Assembly: GCF_963921235.1 (NCBI RefSeq)
Contig: NC_086108.1
Coordinates: 21,576,001-21,640,000, forward strand
Direction: 5' to 3'
Length of the DNA: 64,000 bases
From: Mobula hypostoma
Taxonomy: Eukaryota
The first letter of the stretch is position 1, and every line of letters begins with the position of its first letter. The translations under genes were made by a program, and so were the position numbers. Below, one piece after another: positions 25,351-38,217 of this stretch. A model generated the notes under the pieces. That model saw only the letters and a program-made list of their open reading frames with translations. It did not search any database and was not told where the DNA came from.

Positions 25351-26589
25351 CAAGTTTATAATGACACAAGAGGCCTTACATCAAAGAAACTTTAAAGGTA
25401 CAGCTTAACGTTATTTTTATACCATTCAATATTGGTGATCACTACATGAACTGATAATTTTGATGGTATTGTCATGGTAAATGGGTGAATAGAAATTGTA
25501 ATTTTGGGTGTTAATATAACAGTACACACTTTAAGAACACATGAGCAAAGAGGTGCCAAAGCTAGCTCTGATAACCCACTTGATTTCCAAAGCTTACTTT
25601 TTATCTTCAGCCTTCAGAAAAATTAGTTAATTGAACACAGAAATTTTCCAATGGAACGTGCAAAAATAAACAAGGAAAGTAAATTACCAGAGCAATAATC
25701 GTGTTTAAGCCTAACACCTGCACATGGAAATATGTCAACCACATCTGTTCAGTTAGTAGTTCAAAGAAACACAGATCTGCATTTTGTCAAGAGGAGCCCA
25801 CCACCCACACTCAGCAGCAAGCTGCACAATCTTCTCCAAAACATCCCATGCAGCTGTCAAACCCTCATTCCCAACAAAACTTTTGAGAATATTTACTGGA
25901 TGCCAAACGCACCAAAGCCAACAGAGTTCTATTTAATACTTTCAATTCAGTAGTGATAGTAACATACAAAAATAAAGAAATTACTAAATCACAGTTTATT
26001 GTTAAATCATCTGACAGCATTTAAGTATTTGACTAATTCAAATTATTATGAATGTGTTAATTGTCTTTCTTTGTGTTTCTTGCTCACAGCTGTAAGATAT
26101 CTTATCAAATGAATTGTATAGTGAATCCAGCTGCTGGTTTCTCTGTAATTCTTGGAAAGCCTTTTGCCCCACTGTTGAATACAAAAAAGTGCTTAAACTG
26201 GGTCAGTAAATCCATGACCCATGCATTCAAAAAGTCACAAATTTATTAGTATGAATCGAGTTAAATACTCAGTTCTTCACAGAACTGACAGCAAATCTCA
26301 ACAAAATCTAACCCATAGACAAGGAATTGAGATGGATAGTAAACTCATGAAACAAGAAGCAGCAATAGAGACCAACTCCATTCCAAGAAACTTCCTCACT
26401 CAAAATATTTCTCAGTTATGATCAATGTTTACCATTTCACATTGGCTCTCATTAAAGCACTCAATTCAAAGCCTTCATCCTCACTCCTAACATAACCACT
26501 CCAATCTACCCATCTCTACAATCACAACCAACCTCACATTTTAATCCACCTTTTCATTCTTCATGCAGTGACATAAAATTTGTTACACT

Positions 26590-26960
26590 TGTCCCCCTTC
26601 TCTCTTTTTTAAATCTCCCATTCTGACTGCCCTCTTACTCCTTCCCTTCTCCTCAGCTGCTCATCACGTCCCTCTGTTGTCTCTCCTCCCCGTTCCCCCA
26701 TGGTCCACTCACCTCTCCTATCAGATTCCTTTTCTTCTTCAGCCCTTTACCTTTTCCATCTATCACTTCATGCCACTCCTACATCTCCCCCACCCACCTT
26801 CCCCATCACCTAGCTTTCCCTACCACCTGCCAATGTACTTCATCCCCCTCCTTCATATTCTGGCTACTTCTCTCCTTACTGTGCTGATGAAGTGTCTCAG
26901 TCTGAAATATCAACTGCTTATTCACCCCTCCACAGATGCTGCCTGATCTGTTGAGTTTCT
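26590..26960 (+). mobile_element. Decayed Penelope-like UTR/tail
   Basis: Pyrimidine-rich UTR, degenerate ctgatga...gaaa, then agatgctgcctga. Confidence 0.6.
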
Positions 26961-27120
26961 GAAGACATCTTCAGAAACTCCCTTCCTAAACAGACTTCTT
27001 GGTCACCTTGCTCTCTTGGTTACCTTAAAGTCTATTGGTTGGACCGCTTTCATGTAGCTCCCATTCCTTCTTTGTGCCCAACTTTCTCTTCTCTGACAGA
27101 AACCACCTTGGTTACAGTTA

Positions 27121-27268
27121 CAAAAACACAAGGAAATCTGCAGATGCTGGAATTTCAATTGACAGTTGACAGTCCTGACGAAGGGTCTCAGCCCGAAACA
27201 TCGACTGTACCTCTTCCTAGAGATGCTGCCTGGCCTGCTGCGTTCACCAGCAACTTTTATGTGTGTTG
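27121..27268 (+). mobile_element. Mini Penelope insertion: inverted terminus plus hammerhead segment, 14-bp TSD
   Basis: cttggttacagtta at 27107-27120 and 27269-27282; hammerhead motif at 27170-27207. Confidence 0.8.
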
Positions 27269-27899
27269 CTTGGTTACAGTTAAATGAGTTACTGTCACAA
27301 TGCAAGCTTCATTACCTAACAGTAGCATGGAACTAGACAAGTCTTAAAAGTTCATGATGACACTGCACTGTAGAACAAGACCAGCACCACCAACAGAATC
27401 AAGGTGATTACACTCCGGAAATTTCCTCTTCCCAAGTCACTGAGATTCTGAAAACCATGATTATGGAAGAGTAGAATTACAGCAAAACCACTGTGAATTG
27501 GCAAAATGGAAATCAGTAAATTGATCTGGCAGATCAACCTGCCCCAATAGCAATCCCAATAAACACTAAAATACACCAATTTTATTTTACCAAATAGAAC
27601 ACAGTTTGACCTACCCTTTGAAGTGAGTTATTGGGCGAAATATAGTGAGGGCAGAAAACTTGGCAGAAATTAAAGAAATGCACCAATTATTTCATAACGT
27701 TTGAACTCCCAAATATACTGTGTAACGTTCAATCCCATTGAACACATGAAGTTAAAGGCCATCCCAGAAACACAAACACAAAAGAAATCTAGTTTACTCT
27801 CTGGAGTGTCAAGTATGCAATGCTTCAGAAAAGAATTTTACATCTAGGCCTATCTACTCTTTCAGATACATGTTTTAAAAAAAGGCTCATTTCAAAGGA

Positions 27900-28012
27900 C
27901 AGGGGAGTTATTTTAATAGTCCTAGTCAACATTCATCCTTCAAGGAACAAGCAAGCAATTACCTAGTCCTTATCACAATGCTGTTTGTGACCTCTGAATA
28001 TGTGCAAATTAA
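27900..28012 (+). repeat. Possible ancient Deu-domain SINE remnant
   Basis: gggagtt...gtcctagtcaacattcatccttcaa...attacctagtccttatcacaatgctgtttgtg...tgtgcaaatt resembles my recollection of the DeuSINE central domain. Confidence 0.3.
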
Positions 28013-28157
28013 ATGAAGCAATGGAGACTGTAGCAGCAAAAACTGATCCAAAATCATAACCACTGCCACCAGCCTGCGACCCCAGATGGAATTGTTACAC
28101 TTGCATGACACAACCACAGCTCCAAAGATTGCTCCAAAGAGTCGAATTCCTTATTTC

Positions 28158-30552
28158 ACAGTAGGAAACTTTGTCACATGGTGTGAGCAGAATTATCTGC
28201 AGCTTAATGTGAAAAAGACTAAGGAGCTGGTGGTAGACCTGAGGAGAGCTAAGGTACCGGTGACCCCTGTTTCCATCCAGGGGGTCAGTGTGGACATGGT
28301 GGAGGATTACAAATACCTGGGGATACCAATTGACAATAAACTGGACTGGTCAAAGAACACTGAGGCTGTCTACAAGAAGGGTCAGAGCCGTCTCTATTTC
28401 CTGAGGAGACTGAGGTCCTTTAACATCTGTCGGACGATGCTGATGTTCTACGAGTCTGTGGTGGTCAGTGCTATCACGTTTGCTGTTGTGTGCTGGGGCA
28501 GCAGGCTGAGGGTAGCAGACACCAACAGGATCAACAAACTCATTCGTAAGGCCAGTGATGTTGTACGAATGGAACTGGACTCTCTCACAGTGGTGTCTGA
28601 AAAGCGGATGCTGTCCAAGTTGCATGCCATCTTGGACAATGTCTCCCATCCACTACATAATGGACTGCAAACAACAGGAATTCTGCAGATGCTGGAAATT
28701 CAAGCAACATACATCAAAGTTGCTGGTGAACGCAGCATCTATAGGAAGAGGCGCAGTCAACGTTTCAGGCCGAGACCCTTCGTCAGGACTAACTGAAGGA
28801 AGAGTGAGTAAGGGATTTGAAAGCTGGAGGGGGAGGGGGAGATGCAAAATGATAGGAGAAGACAGGAGGGGGAGGGATAGAGCCGAGAGCTGGACAGGTG
28901 ATAGGCAAAAGGGGATACGAGAGGATCATGGGACAGGAGGTCCGGGAAGAAAGACAAGGGGGGGGGGTGACCCAGAGGATGGGCAAGAGGTATATTCAGA
29001 GGGACAGAGGGAGAAAAAGGAGAGTGAGAGAAAGAATGTGTGCATAAAAATGAGAAACAGATGGGGTACGAGGGGGAGGTGGGGCCTTAGCAGAAGTTAG
29101 AGAAGTCGATGTTCATGCCATCAGGTTGGAGGCTACCCAGACGGAATATAAGGTGTTGTTCCTCCAACCTGTGTGTGGCTTCATCTTTACAGTAGAGGAG
29201 GCCATGGATAGACATGTCAGAATGGGAATGGGATGTGGAATTAAAATGTGTGGCCACTGGGAGATCCTGCTTTCTCTGGCGGACAGAGCGTAGATGTTCA
29301 GCAAAGCGGTCTCCCAGTCTGCGTCGGGTCTCACCAATATATAAAAGGCCACATCGGGAGCACCGGACGCAGTATATCACCCCAGTCGACTCACAGGTGA
29401 AGTGATGCCTCAACTGGAAGGACTGTTTGGGGCCCTGAATGGTGGTAAGGGAGGAAGTGTAAGGGCATGTGTAGCACTTGTTCCGCTTACACGGATAAGT
29501 GCCAGGAGGGAGATCAGTGAGGAGGGATGGGGGGGACGAATGGACAAGGGAGTTGTGTAGGGAGCGATCCCTGCGGAATGCAGAGGGGGGGGAGGGAAAG
29601 ATGTGCTTAGTGGTGGGATCCCGTTGGAGGTGGTGGAAGTTACGGAGAATAATATGTTGGACCCGGAGGCTGGTGGGGTGGTAGGTGAGGACCAGGGGAA
29701 CCCTATTCCTAGTGGGGTGGTGGGAGGATGGAGTGAGAGCAGATGTACATGAAATGGGGGAGATGCATTTAAGAGCAGAGTTGATAGTGGAGGAAGGGAA
29801 GCCCCTTTCTTTAAAAAATGAAGACATCTCCCTCGTCCTGGAATGAAAAGCCTCATCCTGAGAGCAGATGCGGCGGAGACGGAGGAATTGCGAGAAGGGG
29901 ATGGCGTTTTTGCAAGAGGCAGGGTGAGAAGAGGAATAGTCCAGATAGCTGTGAGAGTCAGTAGGCTTATAGTAGACATCAGTGGATAAGCTGTCTCCAG
30001 AGACAGAGACAGAAAGATCTAGAAAGGGGAGGGAGGTGTCGGAAATGGACCAGGTAAACTTGAGGGCAGGGTGAAAGTTGGAGGCAAAGTTAATAAAGTC
30101 AACGAGTTCTGCATGCGTGCAGGAAGCAGCGCCAATGCAGTCGTCGATGTAGCGAAGGAAAAGTGGGGGACAGATACCAGAATAGGCACGGAACATAGAT
30201 TGTTCCACAAACCCAACAAAAAGGCAGGCATAGCTAGGACCCATACGGGTGCCCATAGCTACATAATGGACTGGTTGGGCACAGGAGTACATTCAGCCAG
30301 AGACTCATTCCACCGAGATGCAGCACTGAGCATCATAGGAAGTCATTCCTGCCTGTGGCCATCAAACTTTACAACTCCTCCCTTGGAGAGTCAGACATCC
30401 TGAGCCAATAGGCTGGCCCTGGACTTATTTCCTGGCATAATTTACATATTATTATTTAACTATTTCGGGTTCTATTAATATTTAATTATTTATGGTGCAA
30501 CTGTAACGAAAACCAATTTCCCCTGGGATCAATAAAGTATGACTATGACTAT
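28158..30552 (+). mobile_element. Rex1/Babar LINE 3' portion interrupted by a Penelope insertion
   Basis: WCEQNYLQLNVKKTKELVVD...YKYLG...RLYFLRRLRSF. It resumes at 30274 and ends aataaagtatgactatgactat. Same family as 44437-46807. Confidence 0.9.
28668..30258 (-). mobile_element. 5'-truncated Penelope-like element (RT C-half + GIY-YIG in one frame)
   Basis: 401-aa ORF with GTRMGPSYA, RYIDDC and VIYCVRCSRCGLLYIGET. TSD ctacataatggactg at 28653-28667 and 30259-30273. Hammerhead at 28755-28790. Confidence 0.93.
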
Positions 30553-32029
30553 TTCAATCCTTTATCAGCAATTCGCAAATATACAATTAAGCATTATTAT
30601 CTTAGCAGTCAAAGATATGACCTCTGCTGGCCCCAAGCTAGAAACTGCCACAAAATAAGCATGAATATGTACCTTATACCCTTCGCATTTACCACACCCC
30701 CACTAGTGTGACTAGTTACCATAATAATAAACACAAAATGCAGAACTCATGGCTCCTACATAGACATTTTAACACTGACCACTACCCAGCTGCAGATGTT
30801 AGAGGCTACATCATCACTGTGTTAGAAGTTTGGTTCTGGAGTAGCTATGAGACGTTTTGTTAAAAAGGTTGAGATATTTGTTGCATAAAAGTATTACCTA
30901 TATTTTGTAATAGTGACAATCAACACAAGATATTGACACAGATTCTTAAACAAAATCTTTTTGAAGATTCCTTTACAGCCCTCTTAAACTGGCTAAGGGC
31001 AGAGAAAGTGAAATTGACACACATGGGGAATGGATAACCTGAAGTTAATAACTGTAAATTAATTAAGCATGTGCCACCAGAATGGGGTTAGCAGAAATAA
31101 TAACCTGACCAGATATATCAAGAGTGCTTGAGTAAAACCAGCGATGATATTAATCCAATAAAGAAGATGTTGGTCAAATTAGCTGTTTACCTGATAGGCT
31201 AAAGTAACAAAGATACTAACAGACAGATAGCAGTTGTCAAACTCTTGACATGGATATAGATTTGCACAAGGCGGCTAAAATACTGGGAGCTAACCAAAAG
31301 TTCTTTGAAGCAGATCCTTAATGCTAGCTGTTAAATAGAAAACCAAGGGGGGAAAAAAAGCTCTTCGCTGCTGACATCTCAAGCTGGAACATTTGGCCAC
31401 GCTGTTTGTCTGATTGATCCATTGTAAGGGATACCTTACATCTATTGTAAGTCATGTAAATGTTCTACACTGTCATTCTATGATATTTACAATAAACATT
31501 TCTCTATGATTACATCAATCAGCTCTTTTCCTTGAACCTTGAGAAATCCTGTGATCTTGGAAAAAGCTGAGTTTCATGTGGTTCAAGACTCACTGTAAAA
31601 AAAATTGGGATACTGAATTAAATAGAATTACCAGAAGTATTTTGCAAAGACTTAATAGCATATTATTCTATTCTCCTCTCATGTAATCAACAAAACTCCC
31701 TTTCAACATTGCAACGATTTTTAAATAAGGCCTATATTCTGAGCATTATGTGGTTGAGGATCATTGTTCTGAAATCACCATTGGATTCATTGCTGATCAT
31801 TTTCTATCTGTCATCATCATTTTGAATTCTAATATAAACAGAAACAATACTGTCTATCCTCACAACTTTACACAATTTTTTATAAGCCCTCTATTACTTT
31901 TACAGACTTTACTACTTTTTAGAGAAAAAGACTAGCACTCTGTGCTTCCTATAAAGTGCTTCCTTAATTCTGATGCTATCCTTGTAAATCTGATTCTCTG
32001 TATGCTTAATATGCAATATTTTACTTTTT

Positions 32030-32232
32030 AGAGAAACAGCACAGTAACAAGTCCGCATCGCCCAATTACACCCTTGTGACCAATTAGCCCACTAATCCAG
32101 ACATCTTGGGAATGTATGAGGAAATCAGAGCACCCATAGAAAACCCAGAGTCACAGGGAAAACTCTGACAGGAATCGAACCCAGGTTGCCGGCGCAGTAA
32201 TAGCATTTCACTAAGCACTGTACTACCATAGC
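32030..32232 (-). mobile_element. tRNA-derived SINE (V-SINE/HE1-like)
   Basis: Minus-strand B box GGTTCGATTCC and a body gggtgctctgatttcctc..acattcccaagatg...taattggtc typical of V-domain SINEs. Confidence 0.65.
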
Positions 32233-34499
32233 ATCCAAGAATCTCATAGTGGTGAAAATTGTGATCGGTTTTCCATGTGTGGATTAACGAAGTTCATAAT
32301 TCATTCTGTTCGCTTCTTCTCAAAATGCGTTATTGCCTTAAATTGACATATTTAATTATCCCAATTAAGCTGCTTTGCTCTTTATGATGATTTTAAATCC
32401 ACACACCAATATCTTTTTTTTCCAATTTGTTATCTTATTATATGACTGCATGGCTTCACCCCTCTCATATTCAAGTACTCTACCAACTGAAGAGAGGTGT
32501 TTAAGAGCCACTACTTTGCCAAGGGATTTTATCCAACTATTGCAATCGAATAGATTCAGAAATAACTTTTATCTCTCTCGTTTCCAATTCTGATACAAAC
32601 ATTGACTGCCTCCATAAATAATATGGGGCCTGCTGAATGTTTCGTCATTTTCTGTGTTTTTTTCTAGATTTCCAGTATCCACATTTTTTCCCATGACTCA
32701 GAATCCGCTTCACGATATTTAAGACAGTGTGAGATCAACAGGTTCATCTATATTCTTTCACATCAACACAGGACACACATCATTTAGTGTTGAAAGACTG
32801 GAATGTTCTACTATTTGAAAATTTGCCAATTTTTTCTTCAATCACAAAAAGAATGTCTATGCATCAAAATGCAACATTTTATAACTGGATCTCAGATTTT
32901 TTTATAATGTTGTAATAATCTTGTCATAATGTCATTCAGGGGAATAAACATTTTAAGGGAATGCTGAAATGTAATGACTTAACCCACTAACTACTGACAG
33001 AATAAGGACATGAATGTAATGAACTTGAATCTATTTTCTAATTCATGCACCATTATGCTGACTTTTTTAATGAAATACAGTAATAGATTACATGAAACAT
33101 CAGAGAGAGCATATTCTATTAATTTACATTACACATATTTTAAGGCAACAATAATCCTGCAACAGATGCAATCTTCATTTCTGTGTGCATCCAAAACATC
33201 CAATACTCCATTTCCATAATAAAGGTGCCAGCTCTTCCAAGCTTTCCTAGAAAACCTTGTAAACACATCTTTGTTGAAGGGAGAGGTTTACAATAATCCT
33301 AAGTTTCTGGTACACTTTATGGGTTTAGTGTCAGCAATACATTAGTACAATTAGTGGTGACTTTGAAAAATTATTACTTGAGCCCAGTGGTGGCCAGCTT
33401 TTCCTTACTTTAATATCAGTGGTGGGTGATTGAAAACTACTTGTGACAACCTGTGAGCTCCCAGTTCATGGTCTGATGCATTGTGTATTGTGATCATATA
33501 TGGCTGGTAAACAGTAGTTGACTGAATATTAAAGCTTAGACACAAATTTCCAGTACTTATTTTGCGTTGCAAAGTTGTGCTTTTTCCATTATTATGCACC
33601 TGCCCTCTGGTGATTCTAAATCAGAAATTACCATTTGATCTCTGGTCAACATAGCCTGAAAATACTAAACATCCAAATGTCAGAAACAAATTAGTCCTAC
33701 AGCAGCAGACATGCAATGTTCATGATTACCAGTAAACTCTTCCAGGTGCTGTGCACTGAATTGATGTACACTTGATAAACCACTTCAGCAGACCAATCCA
33801 GTTACGGAAAACATGCTCACATACATACCACCCCAATTATTTTTATATACAACCTGAGGCTTATTAAAATAAGAGATGCAGGTGGAGTGAACAATGGAAA
33901 GAAACATTTCCACAGCAGGGTAAATAGTTCAGTAAGCTATTACAGTGCGCTATCTTTAGCGTTCAGTTCATGTCGGTCTCATATTCCAAATTATTGAGGC
34001 AGAACTCTTACACATACCTGATAACTGTCTGTTCTTGCATTCACACCATGTGCTCTCCTCTACCCCTGACTATCGTCCCCTCACTCCAATATTATGGCGT
34101 CCCACCCATGTGTCCCAAGCCCATTTATCAATTAGGGCAATTTTAAGAAATAACTGAAGAGTTTAAATTAATTTTGTCCAGGAAAATAATGACAAAATGG
34201 CAAGGCAATCTTAGTTAATAATTTGTTGTTACATGTCTGATTTCTATCAAAATAGACAAGAGGCAGTCTGAGCAGAAGATAAACACCAGCAAAGAAAGTC
34301 TGGGTTAAATGACCCAATTCCTAGCCATGTGTCCAATGCAATTTGATTGCTGCCCCTCCTTATTTATAAAGCTTGGGGAAAGTCAGATTCAACAGCCTTG
34401 CCTTTTGCCAGTAGTAACTCACCAGTGATGAACTTCATCAGTTATACAATCGTCAAATACAACTGGCAATAAAAAATATTCAACAAGTTAATTTTTTTT

Positions 34500-36048
34500 T
34501 ACGCTTGCCTGCGTGCGTGCTCTTCTCACCCTGTCTCTTGCAAAAATGCCATCCCCTTCTCGCAATTCCTCCGTCTCCGCCGCATCTGCTCTCAGGATGA
34601 GGCTTTTCATTCCAGGACGAGGGAGATGTCTTCATTTTTTAAAGAAAGGGGCTTCCCTTCCTCCACTATCAACTCTGCTCTTAAATGCATCTCCCCCATT
34701 TCACGTACATCTGCTCTCACTCCATCCTCCCACCACCCCACTAGGAATAGGGTTCCCCTGGTCCTCACCTACCACACCAGCCTCCGGGTCCAACATATTA
34801 TTCTCCGTAACTTCCGCCACCTCCAACGGGATCCCACCACTAAGCACATCTTTCCCTCCCCCCCTCTCTCTGCATTCCGCAGGGATCGCTCCCTACACAA
34901 CTCCCTTGTCCATTCGTCCCCCCCATCCCTCCCCACTGATCTCCCTCCTGGCACTTATCCGTGTAAGCGGAACAAGTGCTACACATGCCCTTAGACTTCC
35001 TCCCTTACCACCATTCAGGGCCCCAAACAGTCCTTCCAGGTGAGGCATCACTTCACCTGTGAGTCGACTGGGGTGATATACTGCGTCCGGTGCTCCCGAT
35101 GTGGCCTTTTATATATTGGTGAGACCCGACGCAGACTGGGAGACCGCTTTGCTGAACGTCTACGCTCTGTCCGCCAGAGAAAGCAGGATCTCCCAGTGGC
35201 CACACATTTTAATTCCACATCCCATTCCCATTCTGACATGTCTATCCACGGCCTCCTCTACTGTAAAGATGAAGCCACACTCAGGTTGGAGGAACAACAC
35301 CTTATATTCCGTCTGGGTAGCCTCCAACCTGATGGCATGAACATCGACTTCTCTAACTTCCGCTAAGGCCCCACCTCCCCCTCGTACCCCATCTGTTACT
35401 CATCTTTATGCACACATTCTTTCTCTCACTCTCCTTTTTCTCCCTCTGTCCCTCTGAATATACCTCTTGCCCATCCTCTGGGTCACCCCCCCCCCGTCTT
35501 TCTTCCCGGACCTCCTGTACCATGATCCTCTCGTATCCCCTTTTGCCTATCACCTGTCCAGCTCTCGGCTCTATCCCTCCCCCTCCTGTCTTCTCCTATC
35601 ATTTTGGATCTCCCCCTCCCCCTCCAACTTTCAAATCCCTTACTCACTCTTCCTTCAGTTAGTCCTGACGAAGGGTCTCGGCCTGAAACGTCAACTGCAC
35701 CTCTTCCTATAGATGCTGCTTGGCCTGCTGCGTTCACCAGCAACTTTGATGTATGTTGCGTGCGAGCGAGTCTGTGTGTGCGCCTGCGTGTCCATCTGTG
35801 TGTCCGTGATGATGTCTTTTTCATGGCTTTTCCAAGGCGCGGAGTGAGAGAGAGACCATGTGACACGCCACTCCTCGCATAGACATTTTCGCGGTATTTT
35901 CCCTTTATCTTAAGAGGTCAAGTTGTGATCTCAACACTCAACCCGGCACGGATGGAAAGCGTACTCGACAGTGGACCCGACTAGTTTCAAACCCAGGAAC
36001 CTCCGCTCCTGGGTCCGGCGCCGATGTCATTGCGCCACCAGCCAACCC
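34500..36048 (-). mobile_element. tRNA-derived SINE (head at 36048, poly-A at about 34500) split by a Penelope insertion
   Basis: Minus strand starts GGGTTGGCTGGTGGCGCAATG (A box), with B-box-like GGGTTTGAAAC. TSD aagttaattttt at 34485 and 36051. Confidence 0.7.
34521..35756 (+). mobile_element. 5'-truncated Penelope-like element (RT thumb, GIY-YIG, UTR, hammerhead 35661-35697)
   Basis: ORFs 34626-34994 and 35040-35366 (VIYCVRCSRCGLLYIGET). TSD tgcgtgcg at 34510-34517 and 35757-35764. Confidence 0.92.
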
Positions 36049-36283
36049 ATAAGTTAATTTTTTACACTAATTCTGTTCTGACCTTCTTTCATGATTGTTA
36101 CTCTTCTTTAGTAGCTCAGGGAAAGAAACTAATCCTGGTTGCGCCTATCTCAAAATTGATTAACTGATGTTTATTGGAGCTTTATACCAGACAGCAATTT
36201 TTTTCAGAAGTGTTGCTTCTTCAGAATATTGTTGTGGTTATGACAGACCACTAGATGCTGAAAGCAAACATGATTTCAGACTA

Positions 36284-36382
36284 CAGGTCAACCTTCACTA
36301 ATCCGGTACCATTGGGACCTGAGGAGTGCCGGATTATCGAAGCAATCGGATTACAGGTAGTTGGATTAGTGAAGGTTGACTG
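36284..36382. mobile_element. About 100-bp MITE (Tc1/mariner-pogo type)
   Basis: TIRs cag(g)tcaaccttcactaatcc / ggattagtgaaggttgactg, flanked by TA on both sides. Confidence 0.8.
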
Positions 36383-36479
36383 TACTTGTATCACACAGGA
36401 ATTTGAAGAAATAGGAAATTAATTTTTGTTGAATATCATGCGTTTAACTGCATAACGGTGCTAATGCTATAAAATAGTT

Positions 36480-37570
36480 TGACTAAGCTGAAACTGTTTT
36501 GTTAATGATTTTCATTTGTATTCAGTGTCCAAGACTTCTCATTTAAGAGTGCAATAATAATCAACCAGCATTGATGATTCCAGTTGCCCTGATACCGTTT
36601 CTCCATGACCGCAATGTCCTGGTGAAATCTTTCACCATGCTTGTCACTGGCAGCTCCAAGATTAGCAGGGAAGAAGTCTAAATGGGAATGCAGAAAATAA
36701 ATCTTTAGTGACAAGTTGTACTTCATGGTTTTGTATGCTTGAAGTATGTTGTCAACCAGCTGCACGTAGCTGGGTGCTGTAGTTGTCAAGAAAAATTTCA
36801 ACAACATCCTTGAATGCCCATCATGTGATTTTCTCTGGTCCCACGAGAAGTTCTTCAAATTGCCTGTCATTGATGACTTGTTTGATTTCTAGACTAGCAA
36901 AAATGTCTTCCTTAATCTTGACATTAATTATTCTGGGAAACATCTGTCTCAAATATCAAAATTCTTCACTGAATTTTTTGTGCCTGGTGATAGCAGTTTT
37001 TGAACTCAATAATTCTGCTTTTGTCTTTGACAAACCCAAGTCTTTGACCAGGCCACAACTCAGCTTGAGCTATCAGATGAGGCCTATGCAACATAAAAGG
37101 TTCAAAATCTGTATCTGCGTCGGGGTTGGTTTCCATTCCTGGCTCGTGCATCATGGCATCTTCGTCTGCCTTCTCTGGACTCCATGTCTCTGGTGGCTTT
37201 GATACTGGAATACCATCATCATGCGGCACAGATCTCATAGCTGAAGGGAGATTGGGGTATTCAATGAATCCCTGTTTTTAGCAGAGAAACCAGACCCAAT
37301 GGTCAGACAGAAGTTGCAGTCTGTCACATGATCCTACTGCTCTCACCATATAATCAAGACAGCAAATAGCATTAACTTCCGAGTACCTCTGAGCCAAGCT
37401 CTAAGATCGACAACACATTGTGCAACAAATGTGAGGGGCCCAGGCTTTGTCTTGGTCACCAATTTTGCACACAAATTACAGCTCATAGGCTTTCTTAATA
37501 AAAGGAATCATGCTCCATCTTTGAGATTTAAGCGTATACTCACCACAAATATAATATAAAGTATTGTGGC
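36480..37570 (-). mobile_element. Chapaev3-like (CMC) DNA transposase pseudogene
   Basis: N-terminal YICGEY...KKAYEL.F.CKIGDQDKAWAPHICC..C and YPNLPSAMRSVPH; C-terminal LKIYFLHSHLDFFPANLGAASDKHGERFHQDI..MEKRYQG. The superfamily name is from motif recall. Confidence 0.7.
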
Positions 37571-37624
37571 TGTTGCAACATTTGCGCTACATTTTGCTAT
37601 CACAAATACTCCTGAAAATACAAT

Positions 37625-38037
37625 TAGAAACATATAAAACCTACAGCACAATACAGGCCTTTCAGCCCACAATGCTGTGTCGAACATGTACTTACTTTAG
37701 AAATTACAGAGGGTTACCCAAGCCCTCTATTTTTCTAAGCTCCATGTACCTATCCAGAAGTCTCTTAAAAGACACTATTGTATCTGCAACCACCACTGTC
37801 GCCGGCAGCCCATTCCACATACTCACCACTCTCTGCATAAAAAACTGACCCTGACATTTTCTCTGTATCTACTTCAAAGCACCTTAAAGCTGTGCTCTCT
37901 TGTGTTAACCATTTCAGCCCTGGGAAAAAGCCTCTAACTATCCACATGATCAATTTTTCTCATCATCTTATACACTTCTATCAAGTCACCTCTCATCCTC
38001 CGTCACTCCAAGGAGAAAAGGCCAAGTTCATTCAACC
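37625..38037 (-). mobile_element. CR1 LINE 3' fragment
   Basis: Decayed ORF2 end and a tail ...gtgctgtaggttttatatgtttcta. Confidence 0.7.
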
Positions 38038-38043
38038 TGTAAT

Positions 38044-38217
38044 AGGCAGCAGGCGCACAAATTACCCACTCCAGACTCCAGGAGGTAGTGATGAAAAATA
38101 ACAATAGAGGACTTTTTCAAGGCCCTGTAATTGCAATGAGTACACTTTAAATCCTTTAACGAGAATCTATTGGAGGGCAAGTCTGGTGCCAGCAGCCGCG
38201 GTAATTCCAGCTCCAAT
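38044..38217 (+). pseudogene. 18S rRNA fragment (pseudogene)
   Basis: aggcagcaggcgcacaaattacccact...ggaggtagtga..aaaaataacaata...ggccctgtaattg.aatgagt.cactttaaatcctttaacgag.atc.attggagggcaagtctggtgccagcagccgcggtaattccagctccaat. Contains the universal SSU motif GTGCCAGCAGCCGCGGTAA in a metazoan-type context. Confidence 0.95.

Noticed and set aside
28086..28796. 236-aa ORF that looks like a novel fusion protein
   Set aside because: It is read-through from flank into Rex1 RT and then into an antisense Penelope tail.
30906..31633. Possible solo LTR (tgtaat...attacca, AATAAA)
   Set aside because: No TSD and no second copy in the window to support it.
38044..38217. Functional rRNA gene or contamination
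   Set aside because: Only 174 bp, with substitutions including CpG decay, and embedded in host intron sequence. Treated as a pseudogene.
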